NCBI GenBank assembly: GCA_051747805.1
Contig: JBNJGP010000046.1
Coordinates: forward strand, 1 to 22,401
Source: Candidatus Muiribacteriota bacterium
GTDB taxonomy: Bacteria; Muiribacteriota; Muiribacteriia; Muiribacteriales; Muiribacteriaceae
Length of the DNA stretch: 22,401 bases
Direction: 5' to 3'
Both the position numbers and the translations under genes were made by a program. The stretch's first letter is position 1, and the number at the start of each line of letters is the position of its first letter. Positions 9,901 through 18,773 of this stretch are shown piece by piece. The notes below the pieces were generated by a model that did no database searches, was not told where the DNA came from, and worked only from the letters and a program-made list of their open reading frames with translations.

Positions 9901-12378
9901 AAATTGCAGCAGAACCATGACAAATGGATAAAACTAAACTTCGACGATACTATTTTTAAAGGTAAACTCAGTCTCCAGCCTGGTATTGACAAACCTAACA
10001 AAAAGGGGCTTTTAATATTAAAACATACTATTGAAGCAGCGTCCCTTATTAATCTCAGACTAAATAGTAATGAAGCTAAAAAAATGGCCTTAATGAATTC
10101 TTCTGAAAAAAAATTCAATTTTCTTTTTAAACAATCTGAAAAAATAAAAAAATATATAGTTTTATCCAGAGAAAAATATAATGATTTCAGAAATACTACA
10201 GAAATAAATTATAATCAGTGGACACTTAGCCTCGGTAAAGAACTTAAAAATATAATGAAAAAAAATAAAAAAGCATTAAATGATATTCCTGCTCTACAAA
10301 ATTGGATTGACTATATTAGAGAACTAAAAAGGACAAATGATACGGGCTTTTATAAAATTACAAATCTTGTTGAAAAAGGCAAACTTAAAATAGATCAGGT
10401 TAAAAACACTTACCTGGCTTCATTTTTTGACTTCCTTGCAAGGGAAGTATTGATAGAAAACCCTCAATTAGCAGAATTTTCAGGGAGCAGGCATCAAACT
10501 ATTCAAAATAATTTCAAAGAATACGACAATAGGCTTAAAACTCTTCAGTGTGAAAAAATAGCCGCAAATATCGACAATATTGATGTTCCACAAGGATATC
10601 GAGGAGGTAAAATAAGCGAATATACCGAGTTATCCTTACTAAGGCATGAATGCAGTCTTAAAAGACCCAAAACCCCTATAAGAGGACTTTTCAAAAGAGC
10701 AGGAAACGCATTAATGTCTTTAAAGCCCTGTTTTATGATGGGGCCAATGTCTGTCTCTCAATATCTTGAAGCTGGAAAATTCGAATTTGATCTCATTATA
10801 ATGGACGAAGCTTCACAGATTAAGCCTGAAGATGCTTTGAGTACTATTGCTCGAGGAAAACAACTAGTTGTAGTTGGTGATCCAAAACAACTGCCTCCAA
10901 CTAGTTTTTTTGACAGAACAATTGAGTCCGAAGCCTATGATCCTACATGCCTTGAAGAATCAGAAAGCATCCTTGATGCATCTATACCTATGTTTACCTG
11001 CCGAAGACTTAGATGGCATTATCGTTCTCAACATCAAAGCCTTATTGCCTTTTCGAACTATTATTTTTATGACAGCGATCTGATTTTGTTTCCTTCGCCA
11101 AGCAAAGAGAATGGAAGTTACGGAATCAAATACTCAAGAATAAAAAATGGTTGTTTTATAAATAGAAAAAATATTGACGAAGCACAAATAATTACTGATA
11201 CATTAAAGCATCATTTTCATAATAATCCCGATGAATCAATTGGGATTATCGCAATGAGCTCTGAGCAGAGAAACAGAATAGAACAAACGGTTGAATCACT
11301 AGCAAAAGAAGATTCTGAATTCCAAAAAATGCTTGAGAGTAACTCAGAAAAACAAGAATCTTTATTTATAAAAAATCTGGAAAATGTTCAGGGAGACGAG
11401 CGTGATGTTATATTTGTATCTTTGACATACGGCCCAAAAGAACCTGGAGGCAAAGTACCAAAAAGGTTCGGTCCCATTAACACAGATTCCGGCTGGCGAA
11501 GGATGAATGTACTACTTACACGTTCCAAAAAACGAATGCATGTTTTCAGTTCTATGGATTCTCAGGATATAGTTATAGACTCAAAAGCCAAAAAAGGTAT
11601 AAAGACATTAAAAAACCTACTTAAATATTGTGAAACAGGTAAATTGGGGGATAATAAAGTAATAAATAAGAATTATATTGAAAGCAGTTTCGAAAAACAT
11701 TTATCAGATATTCTATCAAAAGAAGGATTTAAGTGCACACCAAAAGTAGGTGCTTCTGGATTTTTTATTGATCTTGCGGTTATTGCACCTGAAAATCCGG
11801 GCCATTATTTAATGGGTATTGAATATGATGGAACAACATACACATCTGCAAACTCAACACGAGATAGAGATAGACTCAGAGAGGGTGTATTAAAAAATCT
11901 GGGCTGGACAATTACAAGAATTTGGTCTCCTGACTGGTTTAAAAACCCTGAAGCTCAAACAGCTCCAATCATAAAAAAACTACACGAAATAAAAGATCTA
12001 ACTAGTAGTCAGGATAAAGATATAATAAATGAAATAGAAAATATCATACAGAAAAATAATAAAGACTATTTTCAGCCCGAAGATTTTTCATTTCATGGTC
12101 TCGACCTTAAAGACAAACTTATTGTATTCGACAATGAAGTTATTTCAAAAAAATATACAAATACGGATAAAAATAAAAAGCTTTTAAGACCGGCTGTAAT
12201 AGAAGCACTAGTTTATTATCTACCCTGCAGTAAATCTGATTTTTTTGAAAATATACCCTCATATCTGATTAATGGAACAGATGAATCGGAAATGGAATTT
12301 TTAGAGTATATTTTAAAAATAATAAACACGACCTTGGAAGAAAGCGATAACATTATAGCCACAAGCATTTCATCTTGA
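6916..12378 (+). CDS. DUF4011 - SF1 (UPF1-like, AAA_11/AAA_12) helicase - Vsr-like (MTES_1575) nuclease fusion; Hhe-type anti-phage protein
   Basis: 1820 aa. DUF4011 signature LLDLSAKNSLINF...ETGANILYMSFGFLQW...APLFLIPV. Helicase motifs ADSSQ, GPPGTGKSQT, FVAEKLAAL, MDEASQ, VGDPKQLPP, LRWHYRS, ENVQGDERD and RMNVLLTRSK. C-terminal SSFE...IDLAV...GIEYDG...RDRLR...LGWTITRIWS. Confidence 0.9.
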   Translation: MITEPNSTAKKALDNLRLRLLDLSAKNSLINFKHSKKNSLRIIDELPDQLANELLADKEMRFIPVPEPKIDELEEAGYIYIDPDTNQTSSTKNYPSAEDWAKHKGLKTEYQVPKPSERETQLEKHQDNAIQVLHYPHEMESKLKNLLQSSQSAILETGANILYMSFGFLQWFEDKAKNPYVAPLFLIPVRIHKGRLNPETSIYEYTLKYSGEDIIPNLSLREKLKNDFSMALPELDELSTPEKYLHKVENLIKFNKPEWQVKRYISLALLNFNKLLMYLDLDPSNWPAGYKITHHPIVSEFLTGREVKSKINKSFNEEHLIDEIDNVHTDYPIIYDADSSQHSAVIDAVKGKNLVIEGPPGTGKSQTITNIIAAAMSQKKRVLFVAEKLAALEVVKNRLDQAGLGDFCLELHSHNSQKRKVLDEINLRLNNKGRYRSPSKINNEISRFEEHKQTLSGHVNLIKSKWKNTGIKIHHIFTSASFYRSLSKINPSELHLENFDGWKLTRDIQRKNKDQIKAYINAYNDISSQLKDKNQIENHPWYGLYNPHLQIFDLENVEKKLLNWQTSLASLSAALTDLYTELDVKDDLFLKSLDELTIIAEDIEKLSKIKKNVDHKSIPRIIGNDLVNVKNYYNLFILIQKEYRDISKKTGSKILENLSKTESYKKSFVLLKRHINSSVKPATIERELYSVKKTYTAILNLSTPIKNIKKALGCSSEKILNMTPAGIKEVKKIIELVVSLPPYCWHYRDSLFENDELDNFLPKLKQEINTLNELENKLKNIFNLKILPDINEIIDLQSEINSKNIFRWFSRSWHKSRNKLKSLSIDNKLKFSKLYSYTNMLIDFINLKNQIKANPDYQRTLGRHAKGSDTDIDMLVSLRNWYKSIRMEYGILSEDRANIGNSIIKLDQKDGQTIRYLYEEGIIYNIEKILNELNSKAGIFNQLNEVVKNNYSIIGEKGINKNFISELEEAFINIKHIINDSMYINDLSELIERLVKLQQNHDKWIKLNFDDTIFKGKLSLQPGIDKPNKKGLLILKHTIEAASLINLRLNSNEAKKMALMNSSEKKFNFLFKQSEKIKKYIVLSREKYNDFRNTTEINYNQWTLSLGKELKNIMKKNKKALNDIPALQNWIDYIRELKRTNDTGFYKITNLVEKGKLKIDQVKNTYLASFFDFLAREVLIENPQLAEFSGSRHQTIQNNFKEYDNRLKTLQCEKIAANIDNIDVPQGYRGGKISEYTELSLLRHECSLKRPKTPIRGLFKRAGNALMSLKPCFMMGPMSVSQYLEAGKFEFDLIIMDEASQIKPEDALSTIARGKQLVVVGDPKQLPPTSFFDRTIESEAYDPTCLEESESILDASIPMFTCRRLRWHYRSQHQSLIAFSNYYFYDSDLILFPSPSKENGSYGIKYSRIKNGCFINRKNIDEAQIITDTLKHHFHNNPDESIGIIAMSSEQRNRIEQTVESLAKEDSEFQKMLESNSEKQESLFIKNLENVQGDERDVIFVSLTYGPKEPGGKVPKRFGPINTDSGWRRMNVLLTRSKKRMHVFSSMDSQDIVIDSKAKKGIKTLKNLLKYCETGKLGDNKVINKNYIESSFEKHLSDILSKEGFKCTPKVGASGFFIDLAVIAPENPGHYLMGIEYDGTTYTSANSTRDRDRLREGVLKNLGWTITRIWSPDWFKNPEAQTAPIIKKLHEIKDLTSSQDKDIINEIENIIQKNNKDYFQPEDFSFHGLDLKDKLIVFDNEVISKKYTNTDKNKKLLRPAVIEALVYYLPCSKSDFFENIPSYLINGTDESEMEFLEYILKIINTTLEESDNIIATSISS

Positions 12379-12535
12379 TAAAAAAGTAAGGGGCTCATAA
12401 AGAAACTTTAAAAATAAAAAACATGTGTTTTTTGTGCAGATATATAAATCCGTCATGAAACTCCCAAATATCCTGCTTCTTCATTCTAAGGAAATTTAGC
12501 TAAACCTAAATTCCATAAAATATGAGTTATATAAG

Positions 12536-12766
12536 TTATCTTAATTCATAGAAAATAGTCCATCCTTTTCCAGGATATTTTATTTCTGTTTTCTTGATTT
12601 TTTCAGAAAGATTTTGAAAAAATCTGTTTGCAGCAGTCTGGTAATTATTGTGAACACGTATACGTAATATCATGTATTCATAATAAGGAATAATATCTGG
12701 ATGCTTTAGGTCATTGGGAGGTGCATTAATATTTCCCCGAATTAGAGATTATTTATCTACATTCAT
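12536..12766 (-). pseudogene. Possible small interrupted ORF downstream of the large helicase
   Basis: ATG at 12766, in-frame TAA at codon 6 (12749-12751), then 70 sense codons (SLIRGNINAPPNDLKHPDIIPYYEYMILRIRVHNNYQTAANRFFQNLSEKIKKTEIKYPGKGWTIFYELR*). An internal ATG at 12673 would give 45 aa, with no clear RBS. Confidence 0.3.
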
Positions 12767-12824
12767 AAAACAACATACATGCAAATAAAGCATTCTCTTA
12801 TTTACTTAATGGTAAGTTACCTTT

Positions 12825-15800
12825 TTATTTTTTTTCATCAAATGAATAAATAAAAACAGTATCCTGATTTATGTCAAGAAGTTTGTCAATGCCACCGGTC
12901 ATATCGTAAATATGCTCAACCTCTATTCCGTCAGCCCTAGTTTCTAAAATTTGCATTGATCTGTCATGAAAATTTCTTGCATTCTTAAAAGGAACAGCAT
13001 TAATTCTTATATTTTGTTCTTCCATACCGGTTTTTTCAATTATGATTTCTTCAATCTCTTTTTTTACAAGACCGGGGGATTTATGATTATAGTCCCGTTG
13101 ATTCATTTCTTTAAAAGATATTTTTAACTCTTTAATGTCTCCGCTATTATTATTTAATATAGAAACGAATTCACCAAGCCTTTTAATCTGCCTTTCTCCT
13201 GCTCCGCAATAAGGATCTTTTATATTAACAGATATATAAGAGGAATTTTCTAATTGTTTAAAAAACTCTTCATAAGGCCTGTCAACTCCCGAAGACAATC
13301 TCCATATTTTAAGACCATTGTCTTTATCGAAAATTGAGTCTGTATCTACAGGAATAGATTTTTTTATATTACTTTTTATTTCTAAATCAACATCCTCATT
13401 TCCTTTTAACTCATATGCGTTGCTTAAAGAGCTCAAGTTAAAAAGAAGAGGAACCTCTTTATTCAAAAACACAGAATATCCACCTTTATCATCACTCGAA
13501 TTTTGGGCATAAATAAAAGGAAGACCAGTAAGTTCCTTTTCATCAATATTGTTTATAGTTAATTGGTTATTTTCTAAATAAGGTCTTAAATAGCTAAATA
13601 AAATTCTCTCATAATGACTTAATTTACCAGGTTCAAAAAAAGACACTGAATAAAAATGCAGATTATGACCTTTGTTTAATAGAGAAATAAACCAGTTTCT
13701 ATTTGTTTTTTCATCATCTGAGTTTAAATCAGTTATACTGCCCATTAAAGACCTGCTGAAAAAATGAATATCTTTATATCCTGAAAAACTTGATTCAGCT
13801 TTATTAAGTGAAGGATTATCAATTAATAAGGCTCCCTTCTTTATAAAAGGGTTCTCATGTTTTTGGGACTTAATGATATTTAACCAGTTTAAAACATCTT
13901 TTCTTTTAAATGAGTCCCAGAAGAGCTGATTTGTATAATCGCACAAACAGCTCCTGCAGCCTGTTGAACAATCATTATGACAATCAAGTTTTTTAAGAAC
14001 CTCTTTAAATAATTTTTCAATATCAATTTCATTATAAAGCCTTACACAATAGCCGGCGCCACCAGGTGTAGAATCATATAGTATTATTGTGAAAAACCCA
14101 TCTTCAATTTTAAAGGTTGCTCTTATGTCACCTGGTAAAATATTTAGTACAGAAGAGGCTCCAAACCTGAAAGCTTCACACAGAGTTCTTGCAAAATCAT
14201 TTAAATATCCATTTTTTTTCTGTTCCCCAATATTAGATGGAACCGGGATATCAGCTTTTAGACGGAACAAGCATACATCTGTACTAAAAGTATGGGCAAG
14301 ATCTATTCTTGAAAAAAAACTATCGTTTTTACACTTTGCTTCATCAAAAAGAGTATGATGCTCTATTTTTTCAAACTTGAATGATTTGGCAGGCTGAATA
14401 TAGTTACATCTACGACATCTATGATATCCAAATCCTGCAGGCCCCTTGTTTACAATAAAAAGCTTTCCTGCTGGTTGCTTCTTTTCATCGGGTGATTTAC
14501 TTTTTAAAAGTGCTTTTGTAATAAATTTTATATCTGTTTCTTTAAAAAGTTCATCTTTTGCCAATGTGATAAGCTTTGCTTCTTCAGCATACTGCCTTCT
14601 TATCCTGTTTTTTGAAGGATCTTTACCCTCTTTTTCATGATATGAGGTTACAAAACCTTTTGGCTCTATAAATGTTCTAACAAAATTATTTTTTGGATTT
14701 TTAAACCCACAGTTTAAGCAAACATAGTCAATATTATCTTTGTGCTCCTTAAGTTCAGCATGCTGGCACCTGGTACAAATAAAATAATATCTGTCTGGCA
14801 TAAAATCCCTTGGACTGAATGCAACTCCTCTGCTTGTCCAGATTCTTCCATTTGCAACAACTTCTGAGCCGGGAGCATATTCGCTAATGCCAAGTGAAGC
14901 GTCTCGTGTAAGAGCTACATCTCCTTCCCCTTCAAATCTTTGCTTATATTCCTTTATAACTTCGAGTTTAAGAGAATTTACAGGAAAACTATATGTGGGA
15001 ATTATTCCTGAAAAAGAAAGCTGATTAACCAGGTATTGCTTAAGGTAACCTTTCCTCATATTTTCCCATACCGCAGACTTCCCCTGTATATCTCTGTCCT
15101 CATTATAATGGTATTCTTCAAACTTAGAATTATATATCCTACACCTTTCAAATACCTCATTACCAAAAAAGCCAAGCCTCTTTTTAAAATTGTCTTCAAG
15201 TTCATTTTTTTTCAGCACTATTGATTTATCAACTTTTTCGGGGAGCCTCCCACTTAATTTTTCAGCTTCTGCAAAATAACTGTCTCTGTTTTTTTCAACA
15301 AAACTTTTAATATCATCTTCAAAATCATTTAAATCATTTGCTTTAATACCAAAATTTTCTCCAAATAAATCACTCAAGCCAGGAGCGTTTCTTTCTAGAT
15401 CTTTAATTTTATGTTTCAAATATCCCGATAAAATAATCGAGTTTTGGTGCCTTTGAAATAATTTGGCATTTTCAAGATGAACAAAAGGGACAGGAGCAGG
15501 CTCTTCAAGATAATCTTTGAATCCATTAAATACAGCCTGATCATACTGACTGTTTCTTGCAATAGTCACACAAAAAGGTGCCGCCTGCGCCCTTCTTCCT
15601 GCACGCCCGGTTCTCTGCTGATAATTTGAAATACCTGGGGGAACATTTAGACATACTACAGCTTCAAGCTCACCAAGATCAACTCCAAGCTCCATAGTGG
15701 TTGTACAGCTTAAAAGATTTATATTTTTAGAGCTGAAATCCTGTTCTATATTTTCTCTTAAAGATGGTGACAATGCAGCTGTATGTTCACTGGATCTTAT

Positions 15801-18773
15801 AGGCAGAGCTTTTTTTTCATGAATGCTGTAAACATAATGGTTCTCTATTTTAAACTGATTTCTGTAATTATCATCAACAATATTAACCCTGCCATTGCAC
15901 CTGAAAGCAGTACATTTATTATCAACAAAATCGAAATGACTTAATCCGCAGGATTCACAATATCCGAATTTATGATTATATCCATTTGAAAAAAACAGCA
16001 GATCAGAATTTAATACAAAACTAGTTTTTTTATCCTTGACTAAAAAATTATTTTTTTTCAGTACTTGCCAAAAGTCTTTTAAAAAATTCCTTGTTTCATC
16101 AAAATTAAACTCAAGCTGTTTTTCAAGATACCAGGTTCTTCTGTTGTGGTGATTTTTATCATCCTGAGGAACCCAGTAATAAAGATTTGAAGATTTTTTC
16201 TTACCTCCGCTATTCATTAACTCAAATGATTTTTTTGATTTAAAATTTTCACCCCAGATAGTTGGATCTGTCATATCGACTTTATCGATTGGACTAATTG
16301 CCTTAACCCTTCTTATTGATTCTAGCATTATATTTGTAATAGACTCAGCCTGATCTTTGAACCTGTTTGGAATAATTTCTTCAACTTCTTTTATAAGTTT
16401 TTTATATTCTCTTTTTTTATAACTTACCCTGACCAAACCAAGAGATTCCAGAGAATTTCGTCTGCCTCCAGGCGTACAAAACTCTGCAGCAACAAGACCT
16501 TTTATCCTCTCAGTTTTTTTGGATCTCTTATCAGATTTGATCAAATCTCCGGCACTGTTAAAAACAACAGGCTCTCCTGTTTTTTCCCAATAAAAATATA
16601 TGTCTTCACTTAGGTCACCAATATCCAAACCATCATCTTCAGCTTTTTCAATAACATCAAATATTGCTGATCTCAAAGCAAGGTCACCTGCTGTCCTCTG
16701 AAAATAAGGAGCAAAATATGCAGCATTCTGCCTGTTGTCTGAAAAAGTTAAAATATTTCTTCCAAACATGGGTTCTTCACCGGATCTGTCGTATGCTTCA
16801 GGTAAAAACTCCAATACCTTTTGGCATACAACAGCACCAAAAGCCTCATTACCAGGCTGCAGTCCCGTAACAGCCTCTGCAACTGCCCCTGTTGCAGTAC
16901 TACCGCAGGTATCACATTTTTTTACATACTCTTTTTTCTCTATTTCATCCTTTTCTATGCTTATACCTTTAAGATAAACTTTACCTTTTGAAGAAGACTT
17001 TGCACTTACAATTTCGCCTGTACCAGCTTTGATATAAACTTCTTCGTTTTTATCTTTCTTTTTACTCTTTTTTTCCAGATCAGAGTCTGAATCCTCTTCA
17101 TCATTGGTCACAATCCCTTTTTCAGGGCCAAGAAGGTAAACTCTTCTTTTACCTGCCGAACTGCCACTTGAAAAAGTATTATTAACCTTGTTTTCTCCTG
17201 TAAAGCCTTCTATATAAGGCTGACCACATTTTCTACATACCATCAGGTGAAAGTATGGAATTCCTGACTCATCATCTGTATAAGTTCTGTATGGTTTTAT
17301 ATCATCCCAGCCTTCATTATTTTTATTGCTCAAGCTTACGCAGGCACCTTCAATACTATTAGCTGCTATATGATATCTTCCCGGAAGAAGGGGAAAAGAA
17401 TTATCATTTTTTTTGGAATTCATACCAATATACATTACAGCACTTAAGGCATTATTTCTCAAACTTGGATCAATATCACCAAAAAGCTTTTCCCCAAGGT
17501 CTTCAAATTTTACGACCTTGCCATTATCAAGCAATTCAGCAACTTTTCTTATCTCAATATTTTTACTGAAAACAAATTCAAGGGAGGCATTAAAATCTTT
17601 TTCTCTGCTTAATTGACTGTTTTGGACTTTAAGATCTATTTCATCTACCATTTTATCCCATAAATGAAAGTTCATTTTTTTAGTCTCATTATTCACTAAA
17701 AAATCATAAATTGATGCCCATTTTTCAGGTGAGAAAGAAAAAGTTTTAACCTTTTTCTCTTGGAGCATTTTATGGCGTATACGCTCTCCTCTAATTACTT
17801 TGTGAACATCTTCACCAAAAAGATCTGTTCCAAACTTAATAAGTTCCTTATCTGAATCTTTTCCATCGGCTAAACTTGCACTTGTTCCAAAAACTTTTAG
17901 CGGTCTTTCAATCTCCAATCTGTTTTTTAGTTTTCTTAATAAAAAAGCAACCTCAGTTGCCTGGGCACCTCTATAGGTATGGATCTCATCAAGAACAACA
18001 GACATCAAAGTATTATATTGAAAAAGAGGAGCATTTCTTGGCAGTAAAAGAATATGTTCAAGCATTGCATAATTTGTTACTAAAATTTTTGGTGGATTTT
18101 CAAGCATCTCCTCTCTGGTTAGAAGCCAGTTATCAGGAACAGAATCATTGAGCTCATTCATAAGTTTTTTATTATTTTCAAGCTTACCTACTTCTTCTTC
18201 TCTGCTTGAATTTGCTTTTATCTGTGAAGTATATCTTCCAAAAGTAATATTATAATCCCTTAAATATCTACCAAAAAAAGGGGCTATTCTGTAAAACAGC
18301 TGATCATTGGCAAGTGAGTTCATTGGATAGATCAAAAGGATCCTGACGCCTGGTTTATCAAAATCAGGATCATTCATAAGCATATCTGCAATAGGATATA
18401 AAAAACACTCTGTTTTACCACTGCCTGTTCCTGTTGCAACAATAATACTTTTATTTTCTTTACATGCAGAATTTATTGCTTCTTCCTGATGAAGGTGGAG
18501 TTTTCTTTTTCTTATATTTTCAGGCAGTGACAAAAAACCTTTATTTAAAAATCCATTATTTATTTCAAGCAATGACTCAAGAGTACTGCCCTTTTTAAAA
18601 TCAGGAATAGCCTCAACATAAGGGCCTTTAACAAGAGCCTGATTTTTTATGATTTTTTTAAATTCTTTTTTAAGCTCCGGGTATCTCCTGCTAACAGGGA
18701 AAGTTGTTGCTATATATCGTTCAAGCGTATCTTTCAAAATATCAACAAGTTTTATTGGATTTGTTTCAGACAT
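12825..18773 (-). CDS. Large SF2 DEAD/DEAH-box helicase with Zn-binding inserts, DUF1998 and PLD-like C-terminal domain (YprA/MrfA family; DruE-like)
   Basis: 1982 aa. Q motif LHLHQEEAI, I TGTGSGKTE, Ia YPMNSLANDQ, Ib TNYAMLE, II DEIH, III TSAS, IV FSDNRQNAA, V TTTMELGVDLG, VI YQQRTGRAGRR. DUF1998 LYDSTPGGAGY...CHNDCSTGCRSCL. Several CxxC pairs. GGAG RBS inside the upstream gene. Confidence 0.92.
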   Translation of the reverse strand: MSETNPIKLVDILKDTLERYIATTFPVSRRYPELKKEFKKIIKNQALVKGPYVEAIPDFKKGSTLESLLEINNGFLNKGFLSLPENIRKRKLHLHQEEAINSACKENKSIIVATGTGSGKTECFLYPIADMLMNDPDFDKPGVRILLIYPMNSLANDQLFYRIAPFFGRYLRDYNITFGRYTSQIKANSSREEEVGKLENNKKLMNELNDSVPDNWLLTREEMLENPPKILVTNYAMLEHILLLPRNAPLFQYNTLMSVVLDEIHTYRGAQATEVAFLLRKLKNRLEIERPLKVFGTSASLADGKDSDKELIKFGTDLFGEDVHKVIRGERIRHKMLQEKKVKTFSFSPEKWASIYDFLVNNETKKMNFHLWDKMVDEIDLKVQNSQLSREKDFNASLEFVFSKNIEIRKVAELLDNGKVVKFEDLGEKLFGDIDPSLRNNALSAVMYIGMNSKKNDNSFPLLPGRYHIAANSIEGACVSLSNKNNEGWDDIKPYRTYTDDESGIPYFHLMVCRKCGQPYIEGFTGENKVNNTFSSGSSAGKRRVYLLGPEKGIVTNDEEDSDSDLEKKSKKKDKNEEVYIKAGTGEIVSAKSSSKGKVYLKGISIEKDEIEKKEYVKKCDTCGSTATGAVAEAVTGLQPGNEAFGAVVCQKVLEFLPEAYDRSGEEPMFGRNILTFSDNRQNAAYFAPYFQRTAGDLALRSAIFDVIEKAEDDGLDIGDLSEDIYFYWEKTGEPVVFNSAGDLIKSDKRSKKTERIKGLVAAEFCTPGGRRNSLESLGLVRVSYKKREYKKLIKEVEEIIPNRFKDQAESITNIMLESIRRVKAISPIDKVDMTDPTIWGENFKSKKSFELMNSGGKKKSSNLYYWVPQDDKNHHNRRTWYLEKQLEFNFDETRNFLKDFWQVLKKNNFLVKDKKTSFVLNSDLLFFSNGYNHKFGYCESCGLSHFDFVDNKCTAFRCNGRVNIVDDNYRNQFKIENHYVYSIHEKKALPIRSSEHTAALSPSLRENIEQDFSSKNINLLSCTTTMELGVDLGELEAVVCLNVPPGISNYQQRTGRAGRRAQAAPFCVTIARNSQYDQAVFNGFKDYLEEPAPVPFVHLENAKLFQRHQNSIILSGYLKHKIKDLERNAPGLSDLFGENFGIKANDLNDFEDDIKSFVEKNRDSYFAEAEKLSGRLPEKVDKSIVLKKNELEDNFKKRLGFFGNEVFERCRIYNSKFEEYHYNEDRDIQGKSAVWENMRKGYLKQYLVNQLSFSGIIPTYSFPVNSLKLEVIKEYKQRFEGEGDVALTRDASLGISEYAPGSEVVANGRIWTSRGVAFSPRDFMPDRYYFICTRCQHAELKEHKDNIDYVCLNCGFKNPKNNFVRTFIEPKGFVTSYHEKEGKDPSKNRIRRQYAEEAKLITLAKDELFKETDIKFITKALLKSKSPDEKKQPAGKLFIVNKGPAGFGYHRCRRCNYIQPAKSFKFEKIEHHTLFDEAKCKNDSFFSRIDLAHTFSTDVCLFRLKADIPVPSNIGEQKKNGYLNDFARTLCEAFRFGASSVLNILPGDIRATFKIEDGFFTIILYDSTPGGAGYCVRLYNEIDIEKLFKEVLKKLDCHNDCSTGCRSCLCDYTNQLFWDSFKRKDVLNWLNIIKSQKHENPFIKKGALLIDNPSLNKAESSFSGYKDIHFFSRSLMGSITDLNSDDEKTNRNWFISLLNKGHNLHFYSVSFFEPGKLSHYERILFSYLRPYLENNQLTINNIDEKELTGLPFIYAQNSSDDKGGYSVFLNKEVPLLFNLSSLSNAYELKGNEDVDLEIKSNIKKSIPVDTDSIFDKDNGLKIWRLSSGVDRPYEEFFKQLENSSYISVNIKDPYCGAGERQIKRLGEFVSILNNNSGDIKELKISFKEMNQRDYNHKSPGLVKKEIEEIIIEKTGMEEQNIRINAVPFKNARNFHDRSMQILETRADGIEVEHIYDMTGGIDKLLDINQDTVFIYSFDEKK

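Noticed and set aside
6119..12398. Short alternative ORFs overlapping the zinc-ribbon gene and the DUF4011 helicase (including 6756-7013)
   Set aside because: They overlap stronger CDSs and show no coding signature.
12416..12821. Short palindromes in the convergent gap (AAAAAACA-TG-TGTTTTTT 12416-12433, ACGTATACGT 12656-12665, GGTAA-G-TTACC 12811-12821)
   Set aside because: Too short or AT-rich for a confident terminator or att-site call. They share no common motif and are not regularly spaced.
17040..17110. Acidic/basic low-complexity stretch in the helicase (NDEEDSDSDLEKKSKKKDKNEE)
   Set aside because: Looks like an ordinary disordered loop between Zn-binding segments, not a DNA repeat.
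12825..18773. DISARM (DrmA/DrmB) or Cas3/CRISPR assignment for the large helicase
   Set aside because: Helicase and DUF1998 are fused in one chain and no drm methylase or SNF2 genes are adjacent. No HD domain, cas genes or repeat array were seen.
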